From Adineta vaga (taxonomy: Eukaryota > Animalia > Rotifera), in NCBI GenBank assembly GCA_021613535.1, contig CP075494.1:10726001-10790000 (forward strand): a DNA stretch of 64,000 nucleotides, given 5' to 3'. Below are positions 39,973-52,411 of the stretch, in pieces. A model generated the notes under the pieces. That model saw nothing but the letters and a program-made list of their open reading frames with translations, was not told the origin of the DNA and made no database searches. The translations under genes and the position numbers were made by a program. Each line of letters begins with the position of its first letter. Within the stretch, counting starts at the first letter, position 1.

Positions 39973-41496
39973 CACAGGCGGCGGAGCCATTAGACTTGGT
40001 GAGGCTAAAGGTGGTTTATGTTTTCAAGAGAATTTCAACAGTGTCATGAGAAAACTGAACAAATAATAGTTTTCTCAAAACAATCAAAGTTTAGTGATCT
40101 CCGGTAGCTATCACTGTCAGAAATCGTGCACTACGTTACAGTTATTGCGAACAACACCGTAAAGAATACGTAAACGAATAAAAATGAGTATTTTTTCTAT
40201 TTTTCTCATACTCAGACGGAGAAGAAAGAAAAGACTGAATGTTATAAGATCCAGCTTCCTACTTCCTCTTTTTCTTTGAGTATTTTTTTTCTTTTTTTTT
40301 AAGAAGTAATGGACATTATTAAATATAGGACTGTAACAGATGCAAAGCAATGGTGTCGGTAAAACAATATAGAAGTAGACCAAGAAGACAGGAAAAAGAG
40401 AAGAGGTGGGTTTGACAGCGTAAGGTGTAAGAGAACAACTCGGGTTGTAGTAAAAAATGTCTTCCATGGTAACCAATTTTAAAAGAATTTATTCTGACTA
40501 CTATACTTATTTTCACTCAAGAAAATATTTTGCATCCTTCAAAATGCACAATTTTCATGGATAAAACGTTCACTATTCGTTACGTGTTTGAACGAATAAA
40601 TCCCACCTAGCATTGAAAAGTGTCGTAGTGGCGAAATTCCAGGCAGAATAAGAATCTTCCTGCAAGCTTTTTGATCCACATCTTACCCACTTGCTGAACA
40701 TAAAATGAACATTTTCGTCGAGCAACTCTTACCATACAACATTTACAATTGTCCAGTCTCTTCTGACTTTGACTTTGAGGTAAAATACACGCCACCCAGA
40801 TATGAAAAACTTCGAGAAGATTAAATCCTTTCCTCTATTCTATCCAGATTTATAGGTATTTTACTCGAAGTTTAGTCGGATAAATGCTACAATATTCATT
40901 GATAAATCCAATGATGACATTTCTACTTAAGATTCTGTCCACAACCGTGACAATCTATGAATAGAACATCTCGAGAATTTCAATCAAAGAGACCGGTTCC
41001 TTCATGATACAGTGAAATCCGTATAAACTGAAAGAGCATTCCAATCATAAATGGATCAGTTTTTGAACTAAGTCTCAGCTCCAAATATCATCAGTCGATT
41101 TATATTTGTATACGTTACGACAGCGTAAATAGTGAAAAGCTTATAACGCTGATGAGAAAAATCGTAAGAGATCCAATGCTTCAGGACTTTTATATTTCAT
41201 TGTGGTTTATATTTTACAAAAAGTTCAAACTCACAGAAGCTTGAACAGTCGAAAACTTTACTCATCGATAGATAGTCAAGAAGAACTGATAATCGTTTAC
41301 ATTATCCAAATTAACAATCTACTTTAAAAACTTCTGTTAATCGCGAACTTAAGGTACGCAGTGTTAGTAATACTACGAATACGAAGCAGAAACTTACAAA
41401 TTCATAGAATTAACTGTCACCTCTGCTTCGTTCTCTGGCCATGAATTTTTAATTTTTTTGAGCCTCCTCTAAATTGACGATCGTCCACCGCCTATG
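39973..41496. mobile_element. Degenerate hAT-like DNA transposon remnant (non-autonomous)
   Basis: Imperfect terminal inverted repeats: CACAGGCGGCGGA..GAGGCT (left) versus CATAGGCGGTGGA..GAGGCT (right, reverse complement). 8-bp flanks GCTGAAAC and GTAGAAAC (6/8 identical). Decayed internal W..LFCLEFRHY fragment resembles a TTF-type zinc finger. Confidence 0.6.
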
Positions 41497-41944
41497 GTAG
41501 AAACACTGGATTAGTGAGGCCGAGACAAACGATGAAATACAATACTTTCAAGCTGTATCCTATCTTCTTTCTGGAATAGTATTACTACAATCACATTATT
41601 GAATATAACTTCACAGTTATATAATATTTTTTTCAGTATTCTTTTGATTATGCATGACAAATATTTCACTTTTATCAACGAATCAAATACGAAAAGAATT
41701 CACTCTCTAAATAAATTACAAAGTTCGTCATGAATTTTGAATCATTATGAGTGAATATTCATTACATAGAAAATGGCCAGACATTGTCGGATGAGATATA
41801 ACAAAGATATATTATACAATACTTCATGAGAAAAGAAAACTAACATTGAAAACTATTTTGTAGATATCAAGAGAAAAAGAAGATATAACAGATAAGATAT
41901 AGACAACAAAGCGACGATCATTTATTTCATTGTTATCTACAAAT

Positions 41945-43093
41945 ATGCGCGTTTGGCTGTTTTTATTGTTTGTGTGTGTGCTAACCACAAATAGTCAAGA
42001 GTTGCAGACATTCGGCACAGGTTTATCTAGTCAACGACTTTATAAAGCTGAGGTGAGCTATCATGTTTTAAAAACTTGACGGATTTGATAAGATTTGTTC
42101 GACATTTTAGACTGAAATCTTCAGTTACACACTTTCTGCTGGTGCGAAATTTGGTGTTCTTACCCATTTTTGGACAACTGGTGATCCAGGTAAGTTATCG
42201 TGTAAGATATTCTTCTGATAATTTTGGTATGTCATTATAGCTATTGATGAATCAACTTTTTCATATTATATTGATGGAGAAGCTGTTCCATCTATTCAAT
42301 TTGTTACTTATATGCTAGCCGGAGCGGGATTTACTGATAGAACTGCTCCTTGGGGAACAAAATGGATTGGTAAAGGAGCAAAATCAGGTGGTTGGTATAA
42401 TAATTTGTAAGTTTAAATGCATTTATTTTTCTTCGTGAAACTTTATTTTCTATGTTTAGTCGAGTTCCGTTTCAAAAATCTATTCGTGTCACTGGTAAAT
42501 TACCATCCACTGGTGGTGATGATAAAATCATTTGGATTATTGTTCGTGGAACAGAAAATTTACCAACAGCATTTCATGGTTTTTCGCTTCCACCAACGTC
42601 ACGCTTGACTTTACACAAAATTGAAAGTGTTTCATACGATCCATTAGCATGGGTTCGAATAGTTGATATTCCTACGGGTCGTGGTTTACTTCTATCACAT
42701 ACATTAGCTGTAAGTAGTGGAAACTTGAATTTTCTCGAAGGCTGTTATCATGCATATACACAATATGAACAAAAATTTCCAGGTGTAATTATTTCAACTG
42801 GCACAGAGGATTATTTTGATAGTGCTTTCTATTTTGATGGTGGACAATTTCATTTCGAAGTTTCCGGTTTTACACATTTTCAACAAGTGACAAATACGAC
42901 ATTAGAATGGTCAGCGTATCGTATGCATGATTTAGATCCAATCTTTTTTACGAACGGTTTTCGTTTCGATTGGAGAAATGGTGATGTTGTTGATGATCGT
43001 GGATTTAAATGTATTGTTGATCAAGGTGGACATGTTGTTGGATCACCAACACAATCGAATGTGACATCATATGCATGGGTATATGTTTGGTAG
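41945..43093 (+). CDS. Secreted DUF2961/GH172-family glycoside hydrolase-like protein, 4 exons; horizontal-transfer candidate
   Basis: Signal MRVWLFLLFVCVLTTNS. Motifs THFW, YYIDGEAVPSI, RVPFQKSIRVT, FLEG, GTEDYF and SAYRMHDLDPIFF. Introns 42052-42110, 42190-42240, 42407-42460. Confidence 0.85.
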
Positions 43094-43191
43094 AAGTAGA
43101 ACATATTGTCATTTTTCTGTACTAAATCTTGAAAAAAAGATTACCTCTTCTTTTGTGATTAATTAAATAAAATTTCAAGAAAAACAAATTA

Positions 43192-43265
43192 CGCTCCTGG
43201 GTGGGCTCGAACCACCAGCCTTCCGGTTAACAGCCGAACGCGCTAACCAATTGCGCCACAAGAGC
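43192..43265 (-). tRNA. tRNA-Asn(GTT) copy 1
   Basis: GCTCTTGTGGCGCAATTGGTTAGCGCGTTCGGCTGTTAACCGGAAGGCTGGTGGTTCGAGCCCACCCAGGAGCG; cloverleaf, A and B boxes, T-run downstream. Confidence 0.97.
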
Positions 43266-43497
43266 ACATCTAATTTAGGTTTATGTCCCGTCTGTATCCT
43301 TTCGCCGAAACATATTTACTTGTAAAAAAATTCTTATTGTATTTGACGTCATAGGTTACGACGCGAAAGTTAAAAACCATATCATTGGTATGAATAATAA
43401 ATGGTTGATTCATTCATAAAATTCAACTTCAACCGAACTACAAAAGGATTTTTTTAAATTTACCACTGCAGAACTAAGACTTGAAACAAAAAGGAAG

Positions 43498-43571
43498 CGC
43501 TCCTGGGTGGGCTCGAACCACCAGCCTTCCGGTTAACAGCCGAACGCGCTAACCAATTGCGCCACAAGAGC
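43498..43571 (-). tRNA. tRNA-Asn(GTT) copy 2
   Basis: Identical 74-nt sequence; TTTTT Pol III terminator downstream. Confidence 0.97.
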
Positions 43572-43720
43572 ACATCAAATCTGAATTGATTGCCCCGTCG
43601 GCATCCTTTCGTCGAAAACTTTTACTTGTAAAAAAATTCTTATTGCATCTGATGTCATAGGTTACGACGCGAAAGTTAAAAGCTATATCATCGGTATGAA
43701 TATTAAAAACAAAAAGGAAG

Positions 43721-43794
43721 CGCTCCTGGGTGGGCTCGAACCACCAGCCTTCCGGTTAACAGCCGAACGCGCTAACCAATTGCGCCACAAGAGC
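43721..43794 (-). tRNA. tRNA-Asn(GTT) copy 3
   Basis: Identical 74-nt sequence; T-run downstream. Confidence 0.97.
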
Positions 43795-44027
43795 ATGTCT
43801 TATAATCCAGATTCACTGTCGCACCTGAATCCTTTTGTCTAAAATTGTTAGTTGTAAAAAAATTCTTACTGCATCTGACGTAGTAGATTACGACTGAAAA
43901 GTTAAAAACCATATCATCTGTATGAAGAATAATTGATCGAATCATCGAATTCAACTTCAACGGAACTAGAAAATCATTTTTTAAATTCACCATTGAAAAA
44001 TTAAGATTTAAAACAATAAAAAAGATG

Positions 44028-44101
44028 CGCTCCTGGGTGGGCTCGAACCACCAGCCTTCCGGTTAACAGCCGAACGCGCTAACCAATTGCGCCACAAGAG
44101 C
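44028..44101 (-). tRNA. tRNA-Asn(GTT) copy 4
   Basis: Identical 74-nt sequence; T-run downstream. Confidence 0.97.
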
Positions 44102-44304
44102 TTGTCTAACTATTTCATCTGGCTTTTACTAATTTCGACTCAGCTGAATCAGCTGATATTCATCAAATAGATCAGTTCAGTTCAGTGTAGTGCATCGATT
44201 TATGATTTAAGACAAAAGTTTCTCGGTTATAAATCTTTTATTTCAAAATAAAAATCATGTTTGAAGATATACAAAACAAACAACCAGTAATCGATTGTCG
44301 GTTA

Positions 44305-45738
44305 TTATGATAAAAAGGTCGTTAAAAAAACGAATAATAATATAAAAATACCAATTCCAATAAACATTAATTTAATTTTCAAAAATCGTGTTTGACGTTG
44401 CACAGCTTTCACCAATTGGACATTGCCTTGTTCAATTAAATTAACCGTATCATGAACAACACATTCGATTTGATCGAGATTTGTTTTCTGAAAATAATCA
44501 AAACAAAAACTCAAATAAAAAAAGAAATTATTCTTCGTACCTGATGAACAACCATTGTTGCTATATCACCAAATATACTATTCACTTCATTCATTGATTG
44601 ATATGCATCTCGAATTTCTTTATCACGTTGCATGGAATATTCATCGATTTGTGGAGTACTTTGTTGTTGAACTTCTGATAAAAGCTAGAATAATTAGAAG
44701 TTGTCAATGATAGAAAAAATAAAGATTCATGTTCTTTTCCTTACAGATATCTGATCGAATTCTTTATCACCAAATGGATTCGCATTCATATCAATCATAA
44801 CATGAGGCATCATTTGATTGAAGTTTTCTTTTTGTGATTGTAATTCTACAGAGAAAAAAAAAGTTTCATTCATTCTTAGAATTAATCGAATCACCTTTAT
44901 TTTTATATTTCAATTCACACGGAGAAGTAGCAATATATGAGCAGCCATAAATTGATCTAGAATTTAATTCAAATCGAGTACGAGCAATAGCAAGATGAAA
45001 TAAAGCTGCACATTCATTAAGAGACTTACTTTGAAAATATGTTGTTTGACATTGACTAAATTTTAGAAGTAAATCTTGAAGTGTATTTGTTGTAGCTTGT
45101 GCAGCGTTAGAAATTAAATGTCGATCGTAAGAATTTTCATGTGATTTTCTAGTTAATGAGGAAAATTGTTGAACAGATACTCGACAGTTATTTAACATCT
45201 ATATAAATAAGGTAAATGATCATGATTTTCTTCAGTGATGAGGAAGAACTGAATTTCAAACCGAGGTGATGTCCTTTGTAAGCAATTCCATCTCTTCATC
45301 TTTATTCAAATCATCATCAAAATCATGTCGTCTTAGACGTTTATCATGTAATTGCTGTAGGCTTTTAACTAAATCAGATATGAAAAGTTTCATTTTTCGA
45401 AGAACAACTAAATTCTTACTTTGCTTTCGTACTTTATCGAATTGTAATTGAATTTTTCGATGAAATTCTATCCTACAAACAACAGTTGACTTGTAAAACA
45501 AAGGACATCAAATAATCTACTACCATAATAGTGAATCATCCCTTTCGAAATGTACAACATCTTCATCCTCATCCTGTATTAATGGTGTATGATCATCATA
45601 GATCTAAATTAGATATTGAGAATAGTAATCAAAGTAACACATTGTTAAGCATACTTTATTATCTGCGTGCAGATTTTGATTACGAATAGCTCGATTTCGA
45701 AATTCGATAAAATTCGATGTTAAATTTCGACTACTCAT
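44305..45738 (-). CDS. STX16: Syntaxin-16-like Qa-SNARE, multi-exon
   Basis: N-peptide MSSRNLTSNFIEFRN, LQQLHDKRLRRHDFDD Habc segment, SNARE motif (RDKEI..FGDIATMLVHQ..LDQIE) and C-terminal TM anchor. Confidence 0.75.
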
Positions 45739-45942
45739 ACTATAATGCTTTTATTATCTAGAAAAAAAAAACCCTTAAGCAATCCAAATGCAAAAAATAG
45801 AAATACATATCAATACTGAAAAGTTAACACTACTTTATTGATGATTAATAGTGTTATCACAATGGAAAAAAATGAAAACAAGCAGACCGGCTAGTATTAG
45901 ATAGGAAGAATTTTGATATTGTTACTTGAATTTCGGATACTT

Positions 45943-47067
45943 TTAATGTTTCATAACTGATTCTTCGGTACGATTACGAATGGTTTCTAAGATTGCTGTC
46001 CAATCTTTTTGGCCAATCTTAGTGATAGTTCGTTTAAGAACTTCCATAGCTTTTGGAAATGTTGCCTTAAAGATTGTTACGACTTCATTAGGCTCGACAA
46101 TACCTTCAAACAAAAAACAAAATCATTTTCCAATAAATAAATATCGTATTAAACGAACCATCTTCTTTCCAACAGATATCATCAGTAACAATGCCAAGTG
46201 CAGCATATGGCATACCTAATTCTTTTGCAAGCGCCGTTTCTGGTGCTTGTGTCATGCCAATAGTTGTACAACCCCAACTAATAAAAACTTTATTTTCTGC
46301 ATAAGTAGAAAATTGTGGACCTTCAATAACAACAACTGTTGATTTATCTTTGAAAGTAACATCAGGTGTTTCAGCACAAGCTTGAAGTAATAATTGACGA
46401 AGTTCACGGTCGTATGGTGGATGCAAACTCATATGCATGACACCTACGAAAAAATAGAAAGTTTAATTGTCATACTATTGTCACATGATGAACAAGAAAC
46501 AACAAACATAAGAATTACGTGAAGAGATTTGTCAATCTTTCTGATATCTATAGTATAATTATTTACAAACCTTCAAGATGACCTGGTTCATGGTCATAGA
46601 ATGTATTTGGACGAAATTTCGTTGTATCAATAAAGTTATCTAAATAATCATCGACATTTTTCAAATCGAAACTGATCATTATTGAGCAAAACCATACCGA
46701 AAACGACAAGATTTCCGCGAGAAAAATCGGGTGATAATGATCCAACAGCTGTCGTTGCTAAGATAACATGCACACCAAGTTGTTTCAGCGCCCAAATATT
46801 TGCACGATAACTACAATCAACTTATACAGATGATCAATATTTTTCAAAAGATTCCACAAACTTAAGTCGCGAAGGATTATATGAATGACGACGACCATGT
46901 CGAAAACATAATACACATTGTACACCATTAATAGTTCCACTAACTAAATTATCTGATGTTTTTCCATATGGTGTTTCAATATTTTCATGTTCCACACGAT
47001 CTGATAAGATATCACTTCGATCAAAACCTGATCCACCAATAATTCCTACACGTATTGCTGATGACAT
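45943..47067 (-). CDS. MTAP: S-methyl-5'-thioadenosine phosphorylase, multi-exon
   Basis: VGIIGGSG, ETPYGKTSD, RHGRRH, NYRANIWALKQLG, IEGPQFST.AE and IGMT..PE..LAKELG. Confidence 0.93.
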
Positions 47068-47115
47068 CTAAAACGTACACGAGATTGTAAACGATCATTG
47101 TTCTTCGAATTCTGT

Positions 47116-47140
47116 TATTATTATTATTATTATTATTATT
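47116..47140. repeat. (TTA)n microsatellite upstream of MTAP
   Basis: About 8 direct TTA units. Confidence 0.8.
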
Positions 47141-47385
47141 GAAAATTTTCAGATCAACCAAACAAAAACGAATATTTTATATGTATATATGTTCACAAAG
47201 AAACAAGGAGAAAAGAAAAACTATGCATTGAATTTCCCTTTGCTGTTGATCATTGTGCTATAAGAAGAAAATGAAGATAATTAGAATTTGCAAACAAGCA
47301 AACGGGGAAAAATGAAAGCCCAAAAAAAAACGAATCATAAAGCAAGAAAAAAAAAATCATCCAATCAAATATTCGAATCATTAGA

Positions 47386-49300
47386 TCAATGATGCGTTCC
47401 AGAGAGATGCGAAAGCAATGGTATTTCATTATTTGTTGTCACAGGCGTTGTTTTACCATTTTTATGGATTATTGTTGTTGTTGTTGATGAGCCATGTTTT
47501 CGTCGACGTTGTTGATCATTTGATAAGGACGAACCTTCACCATTTACTCGCACTGAAGATTGAATACTATAATGATTGTCAATGGTGATATTTGTCAAAG
47601 GCTTAGCATTCTGAGCAGTAGCAATCAAAGGCGATTGGCGTAAACAATCAGCAAATGATTCATAATCACTTGTTTGCTGAATACTTGACATACCAGATGT
47701 ATTCATAGGAGGATTCGTTAGTGAAAGAGCATCCATCGATAATGAACTGATAGAATTCGATAGATGTTCATCATCATCATTAATTTCTCCTTCATCTTCA
47801 TCATCTGATGGATCAATTTTTGGAAATTCGGTTAATTCTAAATGATAGAAAAAAATGGGCATAATATAAAATAATCAAATAAATCAGTAAATAAAACACA
47901 GCAAATCAAGGCAAAAGTATTATGAATTGAATTTCGAATCAATTACCTCGACCTACAGATAAATCCGTTTGTAAATCTAGAATGTTTTGTTTTTCTTTTT
48001 CTATAGAAACAAAAAAGTGAAAGAGTGAGACGAAGTTCTTACCAAGATCAGGAAGTTCTATAAATTCATCGGGCTTATCTGAACCAACACCTGGCTCACG
48101 AGGAGGTAATTGCATTATTAATTGAGTTTTACGTTTTATATGAATCTAGAAATGATGAATATAGAAAAACAGACCAAAATATTCATTGATATGATCATAC
48201 TTCTTCAGATATTCGTTCGAGATTATTCAATGCAGTACGATACATTTTTTTGGCTTGACTAATTGCTTTTTGTACAGCTTCGATGCGAAGTTTTTGGTTC
48301 TAAAACGAAATAAAAAGCCAGATTTATTTGACATCTAGTATTCGAACAGATAATAATGCTATTTTTTATTTACTTGTAATTCCTCTTCAGCAGATTCTTT
48401 GGCAATGAAATAGGGTCTAGACAACAATAGATAAAGATTTCCATTCGAAATAATCAATATTTCTTTACTTTGCTTTAACAATTAATCTTTTCAATGATCG
48501 TTGTAATGTTACTCGTTGTTGTTCACATTCGATATAAAGTTTTGACTTTTCTTCGTGTGTTCGTTCACTTCGTGTTTTATCTTGTTCGGCTTGCATCACC
48601 TTCAATAGCGTCAATGTAAATGTCACATACAAATTCACATTAAATCCCTTACTTTCATTGTAGCATGATTAACATATTCTTGCCATGCTGCATCAAATTC
48701 ACGTTTATCTGCTTTCAATAATTTACTTTCAGCTAAACTTAATGTTTCTTTTGCAACACGATACAATTCAACAGAACGTTGATATTCTTGTGCAGCTTTT
48801 TGTGTTTCTGATTGTGCCTGGATAATATCAAAAATAGATCATTTACATAGGTTTATTTTATGTAATTTACTTCATCGGCATGTTTACAGGCATCAAAAAA
48901 AGGTCGTGAACGTTCGACACAACTACCAAGTTTCTTTGCAAGAATAGCCAATTGCTGTTTACAATTGGTAAAACTTGTTTGAAATGTTTGTTGTGCTTCC
49001 TAGAAATCCATAATTTCATATTTCATTTTTAAAAACAAAGCACATGACTTACATCAAGTTGTGTTTCAAGATTATTTATTTCACTGGTTGCAGCATTGGC
49101 ACGTTCTAATTCAATCTATAATAATAATATTCAAAAAACAAAATGCCATAAATTTTCTCTATTATCTAGTTTACTTGTATGCGAGGATCGAGTGGTTCTT
49201 CATTAGCTTCATCGGATTTGTCAGTTACATCATTCGTTCGATTATCGGGTTGATGAACATTTGGATCGTTGTTATCGAATGATTTTGATGAAAATGACAT
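47386..49300 (-). CDS. SH3BP5: SH3 domain-binding protein 5 family (SH3BP5/REI-1 Rab11 GEF), multi-exon
   Basis: PLDPRIQ|IELE..N..INNLE, KKLGSCVERSRPFF, FDAAWQNMLNHAT and YRTALNNLERISEE. Confidence 0.9.
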
Positions 49301-50304
49301 GAAGAATATTTATGAATTGATAGGAAGAGAAGAAAAACAAAGTATCAGTTGCTTTTACACATAGAACATTATCTAGAAAATAGAAAATAATTTGTCAAAA
49401 AAATACGTAGGAAATGAAGAAAAAAAATGACGCATGAATCAAGTGCAATTGAAGATAGCATTCCAAAAATGTCATGAAAAGTGTACGTGATGATATTCTA
49501 GAATGGTACATACGATTTTTTCGTATCAAAATATGAGATTGATTGCGATAATAGGTATTTCTCGAATTTCAAAACGACTAATCTCATTAGAATAGTTGAT
49601 TTTTCTTACAATGAGGTAGAGAAACTAAAGTATCGATTCATAAATGAAGCCAATTCTGGACACTTCATAATTCATTCAAGCAAGTAAAAGAATATATTAA
49701 TGTATTCTTATCGATAACTGAGATGGATAGAACGACGCACCTGATGCAGTTCTAAAAATAAAATAACAACAAGAAGAGTCTATCGTGGATTGGTGGTAGA
49801 TTTGATGAGTGAATCATGATCGACTAACTAATAGTGAGTAACATGAGAATGTGTATGACATTTAACAACTATCAGTCGTCTATTTTTTATGCGAAATCAA
49901 TTGATGAGAATCCTTGGGGCTAGTACTAACAATTTCACTTTCCACCAAGGTTTGTTTCGGTACAAATTTACATTATATAATTGTAGATGTCGCTACATGC
50001 AACAGTTAGCAATTATAGAATAAGTGCGAAGAATATATGTGCGCAACTGAATAGAATTAGTACATGATTGAAGATCTAATATTTAAACAGTAGATAATAG
50101 TCTTTTATATAGACTCTACACGTTGTCATGTCTGAGCAATAGTGTGTAAAATCATAAGAATAAAACGGAAATATAAATATTATGTCAGTATTCAATCTTA
50201 TAATGAAAATATTTATTTTTAATAAAAGTTCACGTCGGAACTGAGCATTCAGAAGTTAAATGAAATTTGTTGTAAAACAAAACTAACGAGAAAAGGAACG
50301 TTGC

Positions 50305-50514
50305 TTATAATAAATTGCAGCAAGGTTTTTCAACTTCATGACATTGTGTACAAAATCCATAGCCCGGCCCTCGGACATTGTAACATTGTAAACAGATGAT
50401 TTTTTGACATCGATAACATTTGTGATCACCCACAATTGTGGGATGATTTGCACATGTTAAGACGCTTGCATTCTGTGCTGTTGTATGATATCCAGATCGA
50501 CCTGATGTATCCAT
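50305..50514 (-). CDS. Small B-box-like zinc-finger protein ending in a CaaX box (CCNLL); upstream exon uncertain
   Basis: CANHP..C.RC.K.IC..C..C..CH pattern; acceptor immediately upstream. Confidence 0.6.
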   Translation of the reverse strand: MDTSGRSGYHTTAQNASVLTCANHPTIVGDHKCYRCQKIICLQCYNVRGPGYGFCTQCHEVEKPCCNLL

Positions 50515-51191
50515 TTCTGGTTGCAAAAAGAATTAGAAATACAATAGAAAATAAAATTTATTAGAACATGTAGTATATATAGAACATCTATTCGTAGGAA
50601 GAATTGATAAGCAAATACAATATTGACGCCACGTTGCATATTGATGGTGCAATGTGCCTCACTTTGTCCTTATCAGAAAATCTTTGATATTGACTTAGGA
50701 GTTTAATTTAGTATAAAATGCCTAAGAAACAGAAAGCACTTGAGTTTACACTATAATAAAAATGAAAAAATGATATCGTTTGATAGTTCCATTCGTGCTT
50801 ATTCAATCCGAGGAAAGACATTTTCTTCTCTTGCGATCTTTCTATCGTCAAAAATGTAGATTATTTACCTGTAGAATATGAAACAACGATTGTATCACGG
50901 ATTATTTGTTTCTAAATTTCTCTGAAAGTACAAATTTAAGTAATTCAAAGAGTAAAATAATAGCGCACTCTATCGTTTACAAAAGTTTTTTCTTCATAAA
51001 GGATTCTATAGTAAGTTTCATAGAGCTGGAATACAGATTCATCAATATCTTCGAAGCTTTATACTACATAATATTTTCCTATATGATATTGAAAATTTCT
51101 TTGGTTCGTTTCCAAGTATTGTAAATTTACAATGGCAAAAGAAATTCATCTGTTAAATTTTATAAAACAAGGTTAAAAACACAGGTGTTCA

Positions 51192-52336
51192 ATGTCATCA
51201 GCAAGCATTCGATCATCAATGGTAAGCGACGATGTACCCGAAATTCGAAAAATTCGTAGTCGTCATAATTGGGTAAGATAATCACTGATATTTAGATGCT
51301 ATTTCTTCTTTTTTTTCAATTGTATAGAAATTAGGAAATTTAAATCATCATAAAACGCAAACAATATCAAGAGAATCCATTCGATATGTACAAAATGAAA
51401 TAGCGAAAAAGAAAGAGAAATTTCATTGTATGTTCATTTCTAACATTGAAATTCTTCGTTTAAGCAATTGTTTTCATAGTTTCTAAACAAGAAATTGATT
51501 TACTTTGTACGGTATTTCGATTTCTTATCCAGAACGATGAAACAAGTAATATATACGATCGATCTTCTATGTTATTGTTAATTTATATTTAATTTAGATA
51601 CAATTGATCGAACTCGTTTTCAGAATATTCTTCATAATACATTTGAAACGACTGATGATCTTATCACAGATAGAAGTAAAACGAAAAGCAAACTTTTGAT
51701 TTACATTTTTTTGTCATTAGTTTTCAAAGTCTTTGATCGAGACAACGATGGACAAATAAACATGTTAGAATGGGTAATTGGCTTGAATGTTTATCTGCGT
51801 GGAACATTAGATGAGAAAATAATATGTAAGTTTTGCACAATGAAAGAGATAATCGAGGTACAAGTAATTACTATCAAATCTGTCTTTTCAGTTGCTTTCG
51901 ATTGTTATTCTCTCAAAGGTGAAAAATTTATCACTCGTCAAGAAATGTTTCAATTATTAAAATCGTGTGTTCCAAAAGTAATTCATTTCTTTCGATAAGC
52001 AATCGAATACATATATTTCTCTAATCTAGCAAAATAATGATGAAAATCCTGTTGAAAATATTAAAGAATTAGTGGAAATTACATTGAAAAAAATGGATAA
52101 AGATCGTGATAATCGATTGAGTGATGAAGACTTTGCTACATCCGTTCATGAAGATCCACTTCTACTGTGTTGTTTTGGTCAAATATTTCCCAATTCTACA
52201 GTTAATATCGTACAAATCACAATACTATTCATTTATTTTATCTCTTTAGAGAAAAGCCGAATTCGAACGAATTGTTTTCTCTCAACGATTTAACAAAGAT
52301 CAATTCGAAGCTATTTTTGATTATAAAAAGAATTGA
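51192..52336 (+). CDS. EFCAB1: Calaxin (EF-hand calcium-binding protein 1), multi-exon
   Basis: IDRTRFQNILHNTF..TDD..DR.FKVFDRDNDG, GLNVYLRGTLDEKI and KELVEITLKKMDKDRD..EDPLLL.CFG match calaxin. Confidence 0.88.
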
Positions 52337-52411
52337 ATTTTATTGAAAAGAAAAAAAACGATGATTACTTTTATCATATTATATCTGAATCTGAGAAAAT
52401 TTTCATCAGAA

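Noticed and set aside
43192-44101. CRISPR-like array of identical repeats with spacers
   Set aside because: The repeats are 74-nt tRNA-Asn genes, the spacers are homologous to one another, there are no cas genes, and the context is eukaryotic.
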